This document shows, piece after piece, positions 12,967 to 30,316 of a stretch of 64,000 bases of DNA. Position 1 is the first letter of the stretch; each line of letters opens with the position of its first letter. The DNA comes from Klebsormidium nitens (Eukaryota > Plantae > Klebsormidiophyceae), in assembly GCA_000708835.1 (NCBI GenBank), contig DF237409.1:1-64000 (forward strand). Direction: 5' to 3'. Under the pieces are notes generated by a model. The model saw nothing but the letters and a program-made list of their open reading frames with translations, had not been told where the DNA came from and searched no databases. The position numbers were made by a program, and so were the translations under genes.

Positions 12967-13468
12967 GCTGGCTGCAGCTTCAGGGAAGATCCAATTAGGA
13001 ATTCGAGAAAGCGGTGCAGGAGTCAAGCACTTGAAGTTGCAGAGTCGGCCTGGCAAGCTGGATCATGGTGTCGTACCTGCGCTTGCTGTCAGCCTCGCTG
13101 CTTGCACGTCGACCGAGCGATCTTGCAGGGAGCGACATCGACCGCTCCCATCCATTACCGAATGTTGGCCGAAAGGCGTGGCTTAACGCGGGCCGTTCAA
13201 AACGGGTGAAGTCGAATATCGAACGATAGAGGATGGAAATATCGAGAAGCTTCCAGTTCTGCACTTTATCCTCCCCTCTGATTCTGAACTCGTCCTCCAC
13301 CGCTGTGTCTTGTTATTCACGGAAGAAGCTTTGGCGGCGGTCAGATCTCACAGTTCGCAGATCAGAAAGTTGCTCTCCGGCAGCATTGTCGCATCCTCTC
13401 ACAGGCTTTACCAAACGCATCCTCGACGCTCACAATATTGCGTTCTTTGCCTTCTGTTGAGTATCTGA

Positions 13469-18344
<4,876 letters not shown>

Positions 18345-19585
18345 GCGCGCATAGAGATTATTCGGACCGATTCTTTGGAGGCGTGAGACGATTCCTTATT
18401 AGAAAGGCCTTGAGATTGTTCCTCAGTGACACGTACGTTGTGTAACTAGTCCTAATTTTGATAAGAAGCTGCATTCAGCAGCCGTAATAATGGCATTTGT
18501 TCCACCGATACGCATACATTCACGCGCATATGCTGTTGTGCAAGTTCTCCTGGTGCATTAGCAAGAACCTTGAAGCACACGCAGTCTAGGATGTAGCATG
18601 TTCAGCATTGCATCCATGGATTGAGTACCATGAGTCGCACTTATTCCATGCAATGCAATGCTACATGGCCAGCTTTCCGACACCAAGACATCCTGAGCTC
18701 TGCCAGGCTCAGGATCGAATAAGCCATGTCATGAGGCAGTTATTCCCACCACGCAGTAGCTACCGGCATACACTCACCACTGAGACCTCGCCATGCAAAA
18801 AAAGTGCTAGCTTTTGTAATTTGATATAATCAGGGTTCAAATCACAAATCGACCACATCTACTGAGAACTCCTGACCATTCCATGCATGGGGTCTCGTCA
18901 GACCTTGTACTAAGCATCATGTGCGTTCCGATCCAATTCTGCATAACCCCAGTGGTGGTCTAGTTCGATTCACATGTGCTCGTCTATGCACGCGACCTTT
19001 CAAGTTTCCGAGGTTAGAAGAAAGCATAGGTTGTTGATCGTGACAAAACCCTCAGAATACGTCTCCACCCACTACAATTTAGCTTTTCCAGTCACGGCTG
19101 CTCCACACCATATCGACCCTAAGACGACTGCTGCATTCTCCTCAGTGACCTGCACGTCTATAATTACGTGAGCGTTGTCGGAGAACAACATTAAGACCTG
19201 CGCGCCAATGACCGAGCATATTTCAAACGTGAAGCTATATACTAACCTAGACTACCCTGAACCTTGGCACCCGCAACCCTACCTGGCCACACATGATTGA
19301 TCTCTCTTAAATTGGGCTGTTCCTAGCTTTGCGAGCGGCTTGCTATTCTGAAGTTTGGAGTTACGACCAGCAGGGATTGATCATTTCGGATACACCTGTC
19401 TGTATAACCCCTAACTCCGATGATTCTCTTTCATTCCCGATGCCCGCTACGATGCCCGCAGTTGATCAACCCTGACTCACGAACACGAGTCAGCTTAAGG
19501 CCGTCCTATATATCCTATTGATAGTACAGCCCTCGGGCTCCGATCACTCTTTCAATCATTCATTTTGTCGCAACGTTGTCAACCC

Positions 19586-22500
19586 TCAGATCTTGGACGT
19601 TTTCAGCGAGATGGGGGGTCCGAACATTGACTCGAGGACCTGCATTTGTAAGAGCGCAATATTGAGAAGCCAGTAAATACGTCAATACAGATATAACTCA
19701 GACGCGAGCACGTCTATGAGAATTTGTCCAAGACCTTCTCTCGAAGAGGTGGACGTCCTTCAATCCAAAAAGGCGCGCGGCCAAGTTCGAGGTCTCAGGT
19801 TGGACTGAAAACTTAACTAGACAAAATGCCTAACCGCGGGTATCTGACGCTTCCTACGTGCATTTGAATTGGACATGATTGTCTGCTGCGTAATGCGCAG
19901 GGCACGAGTACTGTGGATTGGAAGCAACCTCAAGCACTCTGCCTGCCCCCGATCCCGGCGACATTTCCAAGCATGGAACAGCCCATTGTTCCAAAGCCGA
20001 ATGTTCAAACCGCAACTCCTACCGTGGCGCTGATTGAAGTTGTTAACCAAGGGAATCGAAGTGACCGCATCACGAAAACTTTCCTCCTCTTTTGAGAGTT
20101 CTCGACCAGTACACTCTCAATTCGAAGCATGACAGTATGTTTGACCTGTCAAGACTTCTTTACCAATGGTGACTTTGGCCTCCGCTGAATCGCTCCAATG
20201 CACCGAGCTCGCACAAACCAAAACCTGGAACCTCGCACAAACCAGGGCAAACCCAGGACTTCAACCCACAGCTGACCCACCCTAAAGCCGCAAACCTTCG
20301 CAACACTTGTCGGGCGCTGATCCATCTGTCTCTAGCCAAAACTTAACACTCCTCGAATCCGTTGAACATTCTGCTCTTACCTTGCGCTGATTGGCCTCGT
20401 TGTGGCAGAACCAGGACAGGTGTCCCTCCCCCTCTAGTTCGTGAAGGTGGAGCCGCGGCAGCCGCCGCTTGGCGTACCGCTGGAAGCCCTTCGGCACCAG
20501 CCAGTCTTCCGTCCCCTGGAAAGATAGATCCTCGTGAGCGACGTACGGGCTTCGTTAAGTTTCAGCAATTTTGAAAGCCTTTCTTGGCACCGTTGGATTG
20601 CTTCTCGTGGCTCTGAAAGAGTATCTTGGTGCTAGTGGAAACGGAATTTCTCATTCCTTACATCGCAGGTTTTCTCCTTCCCGCATGGAAGTTATTTCGG
20701 TTCTTGCCGAAGTTCAGAAATGACCAACAAAGCGAAGTTCCGTTTGCCCTCCGAGTCAAGAATGTGGGTCCTGGCATTACACAGCTGATCGTAACCCAAA
20801 ACAATGCTCATCGTAACCAAAAACGCTGCTGATGGAGTCGGATAAGATTCTCTCCCTTCCAGCCTGACCTGCCAGATGTGGATGGGTTTGTCGAACCCGG
20901 TGAGGTCCCCCGGCTCGAAGCCCCAGCTGCCGGCCATCGTGTGGATGTCGTCGGCGAACGGCGCCCCCGAGCGCTGTCGAAACGCCTCCGTGTTGTCCTT
21001 CTGCAGGCGGAATTGAACGTTGGAGGATTGGGAAGTCGGACAAAAAAGCAAGACAACGAAAAGCAGAACTAAAGGCGCAGAACAAGAAAAAGGTGACGAT
21101 GGGGAAGAATTAGAAGTGTGGTTCATGGCAAGATTGAGACGTCACGTTATGTTTTCCTGTGGGCGAAGCTCTAACCGCTCGACCAAAATTTTGATGAGAA
21201 ATTCAAAGCAAAGGAGATTCGAAAGAAACAAGGAAGATCAGAACACAATCCGAACAGTAGAACGTTGTCACTTTTGAAATGCCTCCTACTTTAGCCTGCC
21301 GTAGACAATGCTCGAAAAAAGAAAGTCGAAAGAAAGACTACCGAAATCAGTACCGAACTTAGAAATCTTTAATTGCCCCGTTGAAATGGCCTCGTGTTGC
21401 CTTTCTGTCGAAGATGCTCGAAGGTTTCGTAAGTTGGAGCAGCTTAATAGTAGGGCGGAGTTGTCAAGTAAGGAGACTCGAAGACAAAGCGAACAAGAGA
21501 GGGCGTTGAACTTGAGTCGGCCCCTCGTTTCTTCATTGATGACTTCTCATCGCAATCTCAACGATTCGATCCTTCCCCGAGTTCGCCACGACCAACCTCC
21601 GACTGCAACAACACCGACAGGCACTGACGTCTTCTTCTAACTTCGACTAAAAGCAGCTCCAGAATAGGGTGGTTTTTCGCTCTCTTTTTTTCCTCCACTT
21701 CATTGTTTTCGTTATTCTCTTTTGTTATTCTCTTTTGTTATTCTTTTGAACGATTGCAGATTCTTAACAGTAAAACTCGTCAAATTCCGCAGCTGTCAAC
21801 GAGGCAACCACTCGAATCCAGCAACAGACGGAAGACATTACCGTGAGCATCTCAGCCGCGCCCGGTTTCTGAAGGTACGCTTTGTCGGGCGGCGAAAAGC
21901 GCTTCATTCCGTGCCGAACCCAGCGATCGCCGGTGTTGGGCAGGATCACGCGTTGTGCCCATAAGTCGAGCGCCCATCGGGGGACGTGCCGCCCATACGC
22001 TATGGTGTACTGCGCCAGAAAAGGGAGGGGTTTTGAGAGGCTCAGCTCCCCGTCCAGAAAGCCGCATTTTCCCGAGTCCTAGCTTAGTCTCTCACGCCAA
22101 GTCATGAAAGACAAAGAATCCCGGAAAACTCGTGTAGAAAACTCGGGGTTCAAGTTGTCCGGGTAGAAACGAAGCGAAAGACAAAAGCAATGCAAGGCCG
22201 ACATCTAGTGTCAAAAATGTTCCACGGGAGTTGTAAACGCGAGGCTCTAGTACGACGAGGAACCTTTAGTCCAGTTCCTTGTATCCCAACCGTTCGGTAC
22301 GAGACTTCTCAAGATTCCCGATGAACGCAAGTTGTCCAGGAACAAGAGAAATGTTGACCCGGCCAAGGAGAGCTCCACGCTTCGTGGGCATCTGCGAAAC
22401 TCCGAGGAAAAATAACCGGGAGCGGCATCTTCCCTGAGGCCATACAAATCCTTGATCTGTCTCTTCAAATTGACGGGCCTTTGTCACGTCGTGCTATTGC

Positions 22501-25278
22501 TAGTTCAAAGGACGAAATTGCTTGACCTTTGCCCCGATCGTAAGGTCGGGGACATTCGGAGAGTGGTGGGTTCCTTTCGATTTGCTCCTACCAGCGTGGC
22601 AATGATAGCACACGTTCGAATCCCTTGAAATGCGCGGCAACCCACTAGCCAACTTCAGGTCAAACCCGCCGTAATGGCACAATCCCCGGCCGTTCTGTTT
22701 TCCAGGGACCCTGACATGCCACTTCCCACCCTTGGGAACAACATATTCCGACACTTCAAGCAGTGTTGGAAAAAACATGACGCGCCAGTACTGCAACGAC
22801 CCTTCTAGACGTTATAAAAGGTCTGTCCGTTCCGAGCCACTTGTCAGCATGCAAACGGAGTGGCAGCTTAAGAATCAACTCCAGCCTTGCTTACCTTGGA
22901 GTCCCCCGGAATCTCCCGCCAGATGTCGGCCCGCTCCTGTGACGTCAGCCCCGGCCAGTGCAGGCTGCCGACGGGAGCCCACAGGGTCGCCCCGGCCAGG
23001 CGCTCCGGTATGTACCTGGGAGGGTCACATTGGAACCGAGTAAATCAGGCTGTTGCGAGCGTTTCTTGGCGCTTTCGACTTGCGAAATCACGCAATGATC
23101 ATTCTCATGACTGATTGCTAACAGAGGAGCTTGACGTCAGCCAACAACGGGCATGGATCTGCAGCTGTAAAGCGCGTGGGGTTTGACCGATGTTCCTGAA
23201 GACAAGCAAGTATTCACTTCTGTCGAACGCCCAAGCCCTGTCAGCAGAGAATGATTCAACGGCGTTGCATCTACTTGTGGGCGAAAGAGGACCATTGCAA
23301 CAGACAAAAACTCTCTTGTCTCAGAGAAAGAGACACCCAACTCAAGTTCGAGGCCTTGACGCAAAGACAAAGTAGTCCCTGCCAGGTGAGTCACATTACC
23401 AAAGCTCACCTGATAGCGCCCCATGCAAAAGCTCCCCCCATGGAGTATCCAAGTACCCAGAACTTCTCCGGGAACTGTAAAGCGTCCGCAACCCGTGCCA
23501 AGTCATGCGCTTCGGACCGGAAAGTGCGTCCCGGCCGCGCGTCCGACTGTCCGTATCCGGGGCGGTCGATGGCGACCATGCGGACGCCGTAGTCAGCCAG
23601 GGTCTCGTTGGAAATGCCTGTCGGGAGAAACCTTTGTTGAGAAAAGCGGCAGAACTTTGGTGTACTGTTGGCGTGATTAACTGTGGGGCCTCCATGGCTC
23701 GAGACCGGTCTAGAGGGCGGGGGTGTCAAGTCCAGCGTCTGTTTGCATAGTCTCCTGACGGATCGCTCTCAGGATAATAAGAATAAAAGAAGCTCTCATG
23801 ACATCTCTCTTAGGGGTCAGGAATTGCAACTTCCTCGAAGTCCTGCCCAAAGCATCCAAAGGCTGTTAGCCTGTGCCTGGCTGAGGGCACCAACTCAAAG
23901 CCAGGAAGGCGCGTTTACTCTGAAAGGTTTGGGATCCAAAGCCGACGCTACAATCTTGACGGGTGTGACAAAATTGTTCTAATGTTACCGAGATTGACAG
24001 CTTTGACGCGCACATGCAGTCTGAGCTATTTACTACACCTATATTTGAGTTTATTCACACCCAAGCCCCTGTTATGACAGACGTGAGGAGGTGTGAATAG
24101 CCCCACTAGCTGACCTGGCATGTTAGACAGTCTGGATGACCCCAGGCCGTGCAACAATAGTAGGGAATGCCTTGCATCTGACGGCCGGCACCCTTTCTCC
24201 AGGTACGCCACTTGTCGGCCATCGGGAAGCTGCGGATAACAAATTTAGTAAACACAGCACCCCTGATGAGTAGTCTTCGGTCGTATGCATGACAATTTGA
24301 CAGTGTTCGCTCCAAATGGAGCCATACTGTTTCTGCCTTTGTCATACGGTTTGCCTATCAGCTTTGCTGATGCAATGCTGTCAACAAAAACGTCTTTGGC
24401 CCATTTGTACAATAATGAAAAGCTACATGCAATTCTCCTTGCCTCCTTGCCCCACCTTTTGGTGTCACGCTCCCCCAGACTATTTGAGACCCGTTCATCT
24501 TAGCTACTCCTAGTGACAGAGCCGCTTCTTTCAGCAAGACCTTTAGTGACAAAGGAAACAAAAGGAATGTGCTCAAATTCCTATATCATGTTCTTTCTTG
24601 CAATGGAAGAGGGAAGATGTGCCGAAATGGCGTGGAAGTTGCGTTTTCAAAAGTCATGCAGCTCTTCAAAACCTTGAAATACAACCTACTCCGCTGCTTG
24701 CACAATCCTGGGGAAAAAGTTTAAACAAAGCCTTAAGGATAGCGAATGAGGCTGGTGTTCTGAGGCTGGCAGATATAACTTTACAGTCAGATGTAAGAAC
24801 AAGGAGGAATGTGTACTGCTGTGAGGGTTAGAGACTGCAAAGGTTCCTGAGAGCCGTAGTAAAGTAGCTCAGACACAGACAAGGTTGCAGCACACAGAAC
24901 AAAGAGCATCATTCAGAGCTTCATGCGGTGCTCATTAAAGAAGGATTGTGGAAGGTCGGCTCTTCTGAGCTGCCACCTGCCAGCCCTACCTCAGGAATGG
25001 CCCAAACATTCCCCAACGTCAAAAGAGGGTAAGAAGGAAGAGAAGACAAGGGCGAGAAGAGGGTAAAATGAAAGAAGAGAACAGTGAGGAATAACGCTCA
25101 CCGTTATCTTTGGGACTGAGGCATCCGCAACCACCAACGCAGCAGCTTTCCAGAGCTGCAGATGACGCAGAATTGACTTCACAAAGCCAAGATTCAACCA
25201 GAAAGTCATCTTGGAAACCTTGTCCAGCGGAGTCTCAAGGCTTCAATTTGCACCAAACTCGCAACACTTTGTCGACAT
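19586..25278 (-). CDS. Alpha/beta-hydrolase (plant-type Abhydrolase family), spliced
   Basis: Exons 24229-24115 (LPDGRQVAYLE..LLLLHGLGSSR), 23617-23410 (VAIDRPGYGQSD..VLGYSMGG, nucleophile Ser), 23015-22895, 22009-21842, 21000-20869 (WGF..KPIHIWQ), 20515-20381 (GTED, GEGHLSW, catalytic Asp/His), 19639-19586 (stop). These phases are consistent. The 5' exon 25155-25102 and the start (candidate ATG 25278) are uncertain. Confidence 0.88.
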
Positions 25279-26461
25279 GGTTAACTGCAAGGCAGCTTCC
25301 CAAGTGTGCGCTCAAAAATTATGGAGTTCTGACGACTTTGATAGAAGAGGAGGAGCAAGGCGTTTGATATAAGACATGGGGCGGCAGCCATGCTCTGTTC
25401 TTTGCAAGCAGGAAACTAGGCTGGTGAGAGAGTGTGTACTCTAGTGAAGCCTTAACCGGATTTTTGCCCCCCCACTCCCAGACTATTCACTGTTCACTTG
25501 AAACCAGGTTCAAGGCTTTAACCACATTCTAAACCATCGCAAATCAGGATGATCCCCCTAGCATCTAGCTACATCGCTCAGCATGGCCACTTAAAAGATT
25601 CACCAACTTCGCTCACGGCAGGTCCGCCGCGGCCTGTTCAATGGTACCTGCAGGGACAGATCAGATTCGACAGCGCCACATGGTTCCAATTGGAAGCAAG
25701 CAGCAACCATAGGACGTCGGTCCACATGCATCCAACGCTCTTGTGGAAGCGAGTTGAGGCATTCTTCTGCCGATTGTCCAATTTCTGGCACACATATGCA
25801 GTAGATGCAGTAGAAGCTAGGTGACCGGCTGCAGAATCGCCGCGGCGGCAGTATTCAATATACTGTAGCATGCTTGCATGGGGTTGGACATGCATGGTTC
25901 CTTTTGCACCCATGATTGGAGGAAAGTTCCAAGATCGACCAGCTCGAGCATGGCCCGGTGCAAGGCTCTCTTCGCTAACTGAACTTTAGTCCAGACACGT
26001 TACATATCGACGTTGACCTGCGCATACGAGAGGAACAATTAGATTTCAATACATCTTATAGTCATGTCGCACATTGCTCCATGGTCGGACTGCGGCCATG
26101 CCCGGCCGTTGTTCAAGTTTACCCTCAGAACATCCCAAAGGTGGTTCGGCTGCAGCTTATCCGTAACGGCTGAGCCCACATGTCTGCAACTAGTGTTGAG
26201 GGACTTTGCAGATGTCTCACATGGGGCTAAGGAGATCATGCCTGTCATAATGATATGTTTGCAAGCAGCCGCTTCCGACAATCAGGAATGCTAGATACAA
26301 TCGTCAGAAGCCCTGACTCGGTTTTGCCAGCTCGAGTCGCTTCGTTTTGACGTTGAACAGGCCTGCCGCGCTGAACGTGCCCTCATTATGTACACAGTCA
26401 ACTTCGAATCGAGAACTATCCACGACGTTAGTGATCAGGTGTCGGACAAAGCGTCTACGGT

Positions 26462-29400
26462 TTAGCGCACCATGCTCGCCAAAATCAGTGCACGAGCCAT
26501 GATATCGTTTGCCACAAAATCCTTCTCCGCTCTCCTCTCCTGCCGGCGCTTGTTCTTAGCCCTTTTCGCCGCTGTCCGCTCATAGCGTTCCACATAGGCT
26601 AGTCGGAAGCGCTCAGCAATTGGTACTAAACTAGCATCAGCAGACCTCTGAGTTTCTTCCAGGTCTTCCTTTTCGTTCCCTACCTGGTGTGCCCAACTTG
26701 CCGGATCAATGCCATCCAATAAGGGCCCATCTAAAGGCTCTTCCAATCGTGCATAGTATGGAAGATCTCGCCTCCGCTTTGGATTGACTGTAACTCGAGG
26801 AAACTCTCTTTCCAATCGGAGCAGAGACGCTTCGTCTACAGAAGGCTGCAAACAGAAGCAACTGTTTATTAGGAAATCGAGGCACACTTTACGTGGTCAC
26901 GAGATGGCTGGGTCGTATCGATATTGATGCATCGTAATCGTGGCCACCTGACATACACTCTAAGTTCTCACTGCAACAACACGTCTTGACTTTCAACTTC
27001 CACTGCCATTGCGGAGAGCAAGACCAGTTGAAGAGGAAATCAACGGTGGTGCCAATAATTACAGACCGCTTCAGTCGGCGCCGAGACGAATGCTTTCAGT
27101 TCGAATTTCATTTCTCGCCCAGCATAATAGCAGATCATTAGCAGATCCTCCATAGGAAACGAACGTCATTTTGAAAAAGCAGGCCAATACAAGCATCGCT
27201 GTAAACTGAATTCCGGCTTCGATAAGGATACTGAAGCTGGTTCAAATCTCTGATGAAGGACTTAGAAATCCGACATGTTCAGATTTGAACCAACCAGACC
27301 TTACACAGACACGTCAATCCAAGAATCACCTGCTTAGATCGCTTGAAGAAGCTAGAGTCTAGAGTGAGGCTTGACATCCGAATGACCCTCAGTTCGATCC
27401 AAAGGCGTCAAGACAGCTTTGCGAATATAGTAGCCTCTTCTCACCCAAATCAGCCAGTCCAACGCTCCCGCCCCCACGGCCACCTTGTCGACGTTCACCT
27501 CCTCCCAACTTGACGACTCCTCTGCTGACTGCAGCTGCGGTACCAGGTGCTTGATCGACCGCTGCGCCGTCCGGTTGCTAATGGCGTCCCCCCTGCTCTA
27601 GGAACCGTCGATCAGGGGAACGCCTAATGCGTGCGGTGTCTCTAGAAATCTCGAACGTTGAGGCTCGAGACGGAGACACAAACAGCGTGTCTTTGATTTG
27701 AGAAGCGGTACTACCAATTCGCATTAAGAAACCTGAAATAGCTGATGCGGACATACGCGCAAAGGAGACACGGTCGAGATAGGAATCATCAAGGGGTCTC
27801 TCCAGAATCTGTGCTTTTCAGAGCGCAACTTGAGCAAAGCGTTTTTGAACGACTCAAAGGCTGCAGCTTTCTGCTTCGGTTGTTGTAAGTTAACAGGAGA
27901 GACCTTGACGTAGCCTGGCGGGCGTCTAAAATGGCCCGTCGAAATGTGATAGTACGCGATCGCCAAGAAGGACAGAGACGCTCACCCTAGTCGTAACGTG
28001 TGAATCTCCGGACAGTGTCGGACGAGGGCCTCAATGCTTTTCGACGAGATGTTCGGACAGCACCTGCGGGGAAGAAGCGACATTATTGGAAAGGATTCCC
28101 AGCCCCGTTTGTTGCGAAAGCAGACGACTCTTACTGTCACAAAGGGCACAGCCGGCCCTTTGAACGGGTCTCTGCCTGAGATCGATACTTATGCTCGTTT
28201 CCTTGAGCTGCTGACGAAGTGTTGAAGGGCAGAGCATCTCTTTGAGCCTTTCTCATCAATCGAGAGCACAACATCAGACATCGAATGTGGCGCCGCTGGT
28301 TTCGAGTTGGTGTCCTGAATTCCTCCTCGAAACTAGCCCAAAACTGGTCCCCAGACCCATCGTTCGGCACAGATCAAGTATAGGTGGATACGCAAACGCT
28401 CCACAGTCGCTTGAACAAGTGCTCTTGGGTATAATGCGAACCACTTCTTTAACTCACAAACCATGTTAGACTGCCAGGACAACCACAGATTCTGATCCAA
28501 AAAGCGCCCTCATCAGTCAAAGATTTGACTAAAGCCTTGAACCTTGCAACCTTGGGCAAACTAACCTCAAACTAACCTCAAACTAACCTGATGTCCACGG
28601 CCCTCAAGCCTGGGCATGTCCTGGCGACTGCAGTGATGCCCTCAGCCGTCACCCCCGAACCTGATACATCCAAAATCTCGAAACTCTCGTCACACAGGGC
28701 CACCAGTATTTTATCGTTCAGGAGATTGCGTCGCCTGGCGATGGCGATGAGGGGGGCCTGCACCAAGACCAAGACACCTGATGTCAAACCACATGCATCG
28801 GAAATCTGTATTGAACTCCCCTTATCTGAAGGGCCCCTTGTGAGGAATAAAACACGAGGGCGAGTAGAACTTCGGTACACTGTAGAAAGATTTGGTCACT
28901 TAATTCTCAGAAGTTAGGCTGCGGGTATGGAGGAGGGGTGTCACAGCAGGGGTGCAAGAGCTCTTCGTCTCGGGCCATTGATCATGCTTCGAAGTGTTGC
29001 TGTAAGTGGTTTCATGCAAGTGCGCACATCCTCTACTTTTCCCACTGTCCATGCGCCAACAGACGCAAATTTCTAATGCAAGTGACCATCTCGCCTCCAG
29101 ATCATCAAGGAGCTGCCATCATTTCACTAATGTCGCGGCACACAAAAGTTGCTTTTGAGCCTGTGTTCGGGGCGCCAACTCAAGAACCTTCCTGGATTCG
29201 AGCACCTCGAAACTCTCAAAAGTTTCTAAACAGAAGGGCTCACCTTGGCATTTTGTGGCAGAATCCTCCCCAGGACCTCTACATCGTCCATCAGATCCTC
29301 CAAGCTGCTGCCCAGCAGCCCCAAACACAGATTCGACAGCCTGAACGGTCCCTTCGCCTGTTTCTCCGCTTCCAGAAACCCAGCCCTCCTGGCATTTGCC

Positions 29401-29711
29401 GCAAGGATCCCCCTCCCTAACGGCCCTGTCGCCTGCGCTTCTAGAAACGAAGCCTTGCGATGAAACGGAGTGGCTGTCTTATGCGAAGAAGTCCCCGTCT
29501 GATTGCTGCCCTCGCACCTGCTACTGCTTGCAGAGCGCCCGCTGCTATTTCTTTCCATGTCCAGGTCCAATAGCTCGTTCGCAAGAAGGTCCAGCTCGTA
29601 AGAATCGAGGTTCAAGTTTGCCAAAGCCCCGGGGGCGTCTTCAAGCCAAGCGACGTCTGAACTGGGCCCCAATGAGGGGTGGTGCCGGAGGCCGTGCCCA
29701 GCGCGCAACAT
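26462..29711 (-). CDS. RNI-like leucine-rich-repeat protein (similar, from memory, to Arabidopsis AT4G26980)
   Basis: Exons 29711-29244 (LSNLCLGLLGSSLEDLM..LPQNAK), 28757-28588 (APLIAIARRRNLL..EILDVSGS..LRAVDI), ~28064-27987 (CCPNIS..HCPEIHTLRL), ~27592-27454 (SWEEV..LDWLIW), ~26847-26462 (FPRVTVNP..IAERFRLAYVER..KRAKN..RRAEK). The start Met is uncertain. Confidence 0.85.
28558..28590. repeat. 11-bp unit AAACTAACCTC x3 spanning an intron 5' splice site
   Basis: On the minus strand it reads AG|GTTAGTTTGAG|GTTAGTTTGAG|GTTAGTTT. Confidence 0.9.
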
Positions 29712-30316
29712 GACAGCGCGCTGACGCCTCCGCTTCCGCCGCTGGGACAGAGCGTCCTCCGCACGATGTCAGAGATTGCCAAAGCCGAATGTCTTTCTAT
29801 CAGAAAGCACTTAGTAAAACGACTGAACGCTTTGAGGCGCCCAAAACTGACAGTGAGTGTCTGAAGACCTACGGTTCCAAGTGACTCTGCATCTGCTAGT
29901 GCAGGCTGTTGAGTTCAACTTCAGGAGAGTGTGTCACCTGCTTGCTGGAATCTGCCCAACTGAACTAGCTGAAGCAAGCTGTAGTTGGGTTCTGCACCTG
30001 GCCTCCACCTGAGGCTGAGGCGCATGGATGTGTTGAAAACCAATACCGTATCGGCAACGGAATCTAAGCCGTCGGATCCGAGTCCAGCGGGACTAGAGCG
30101 GGGCGAAAATCGTAACTGGTGTAGGGCAAATTTGTGCTTAGCGTAAGTTAAAGCAAACTTAGGGCTTGCCTCCATTTCATTGTTCAATTTGTAACATCTG
30201 CATTCTTGAGACGCTTCTTCTCCACCAGCCGCTCAATAAGCCGGAGCGTTTTGCTGAGATCACGGGCCGCCAGCATTGCACTGCAAAGTTGTTCCCTTGC
30301 ACCGCTGCTGCTCTAG

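Noticed and set aside
12990-13260. Heat-shock elements upstream of HSP70 (aGAAgcTTCc at 13245, aTTCgaGAAa near 13002)
   Set aside because: Only two-unit nGAAn matches, which are common by chance; a functional HSE usually needs three units.
19700-19800. Candidate hydrolase exon RAPFWIEGRPPLREK
   Set aside because: The upstream exon (..NQRK) joins the last exon (VLESMFG..) in frame without it, and it lacks a good donor.
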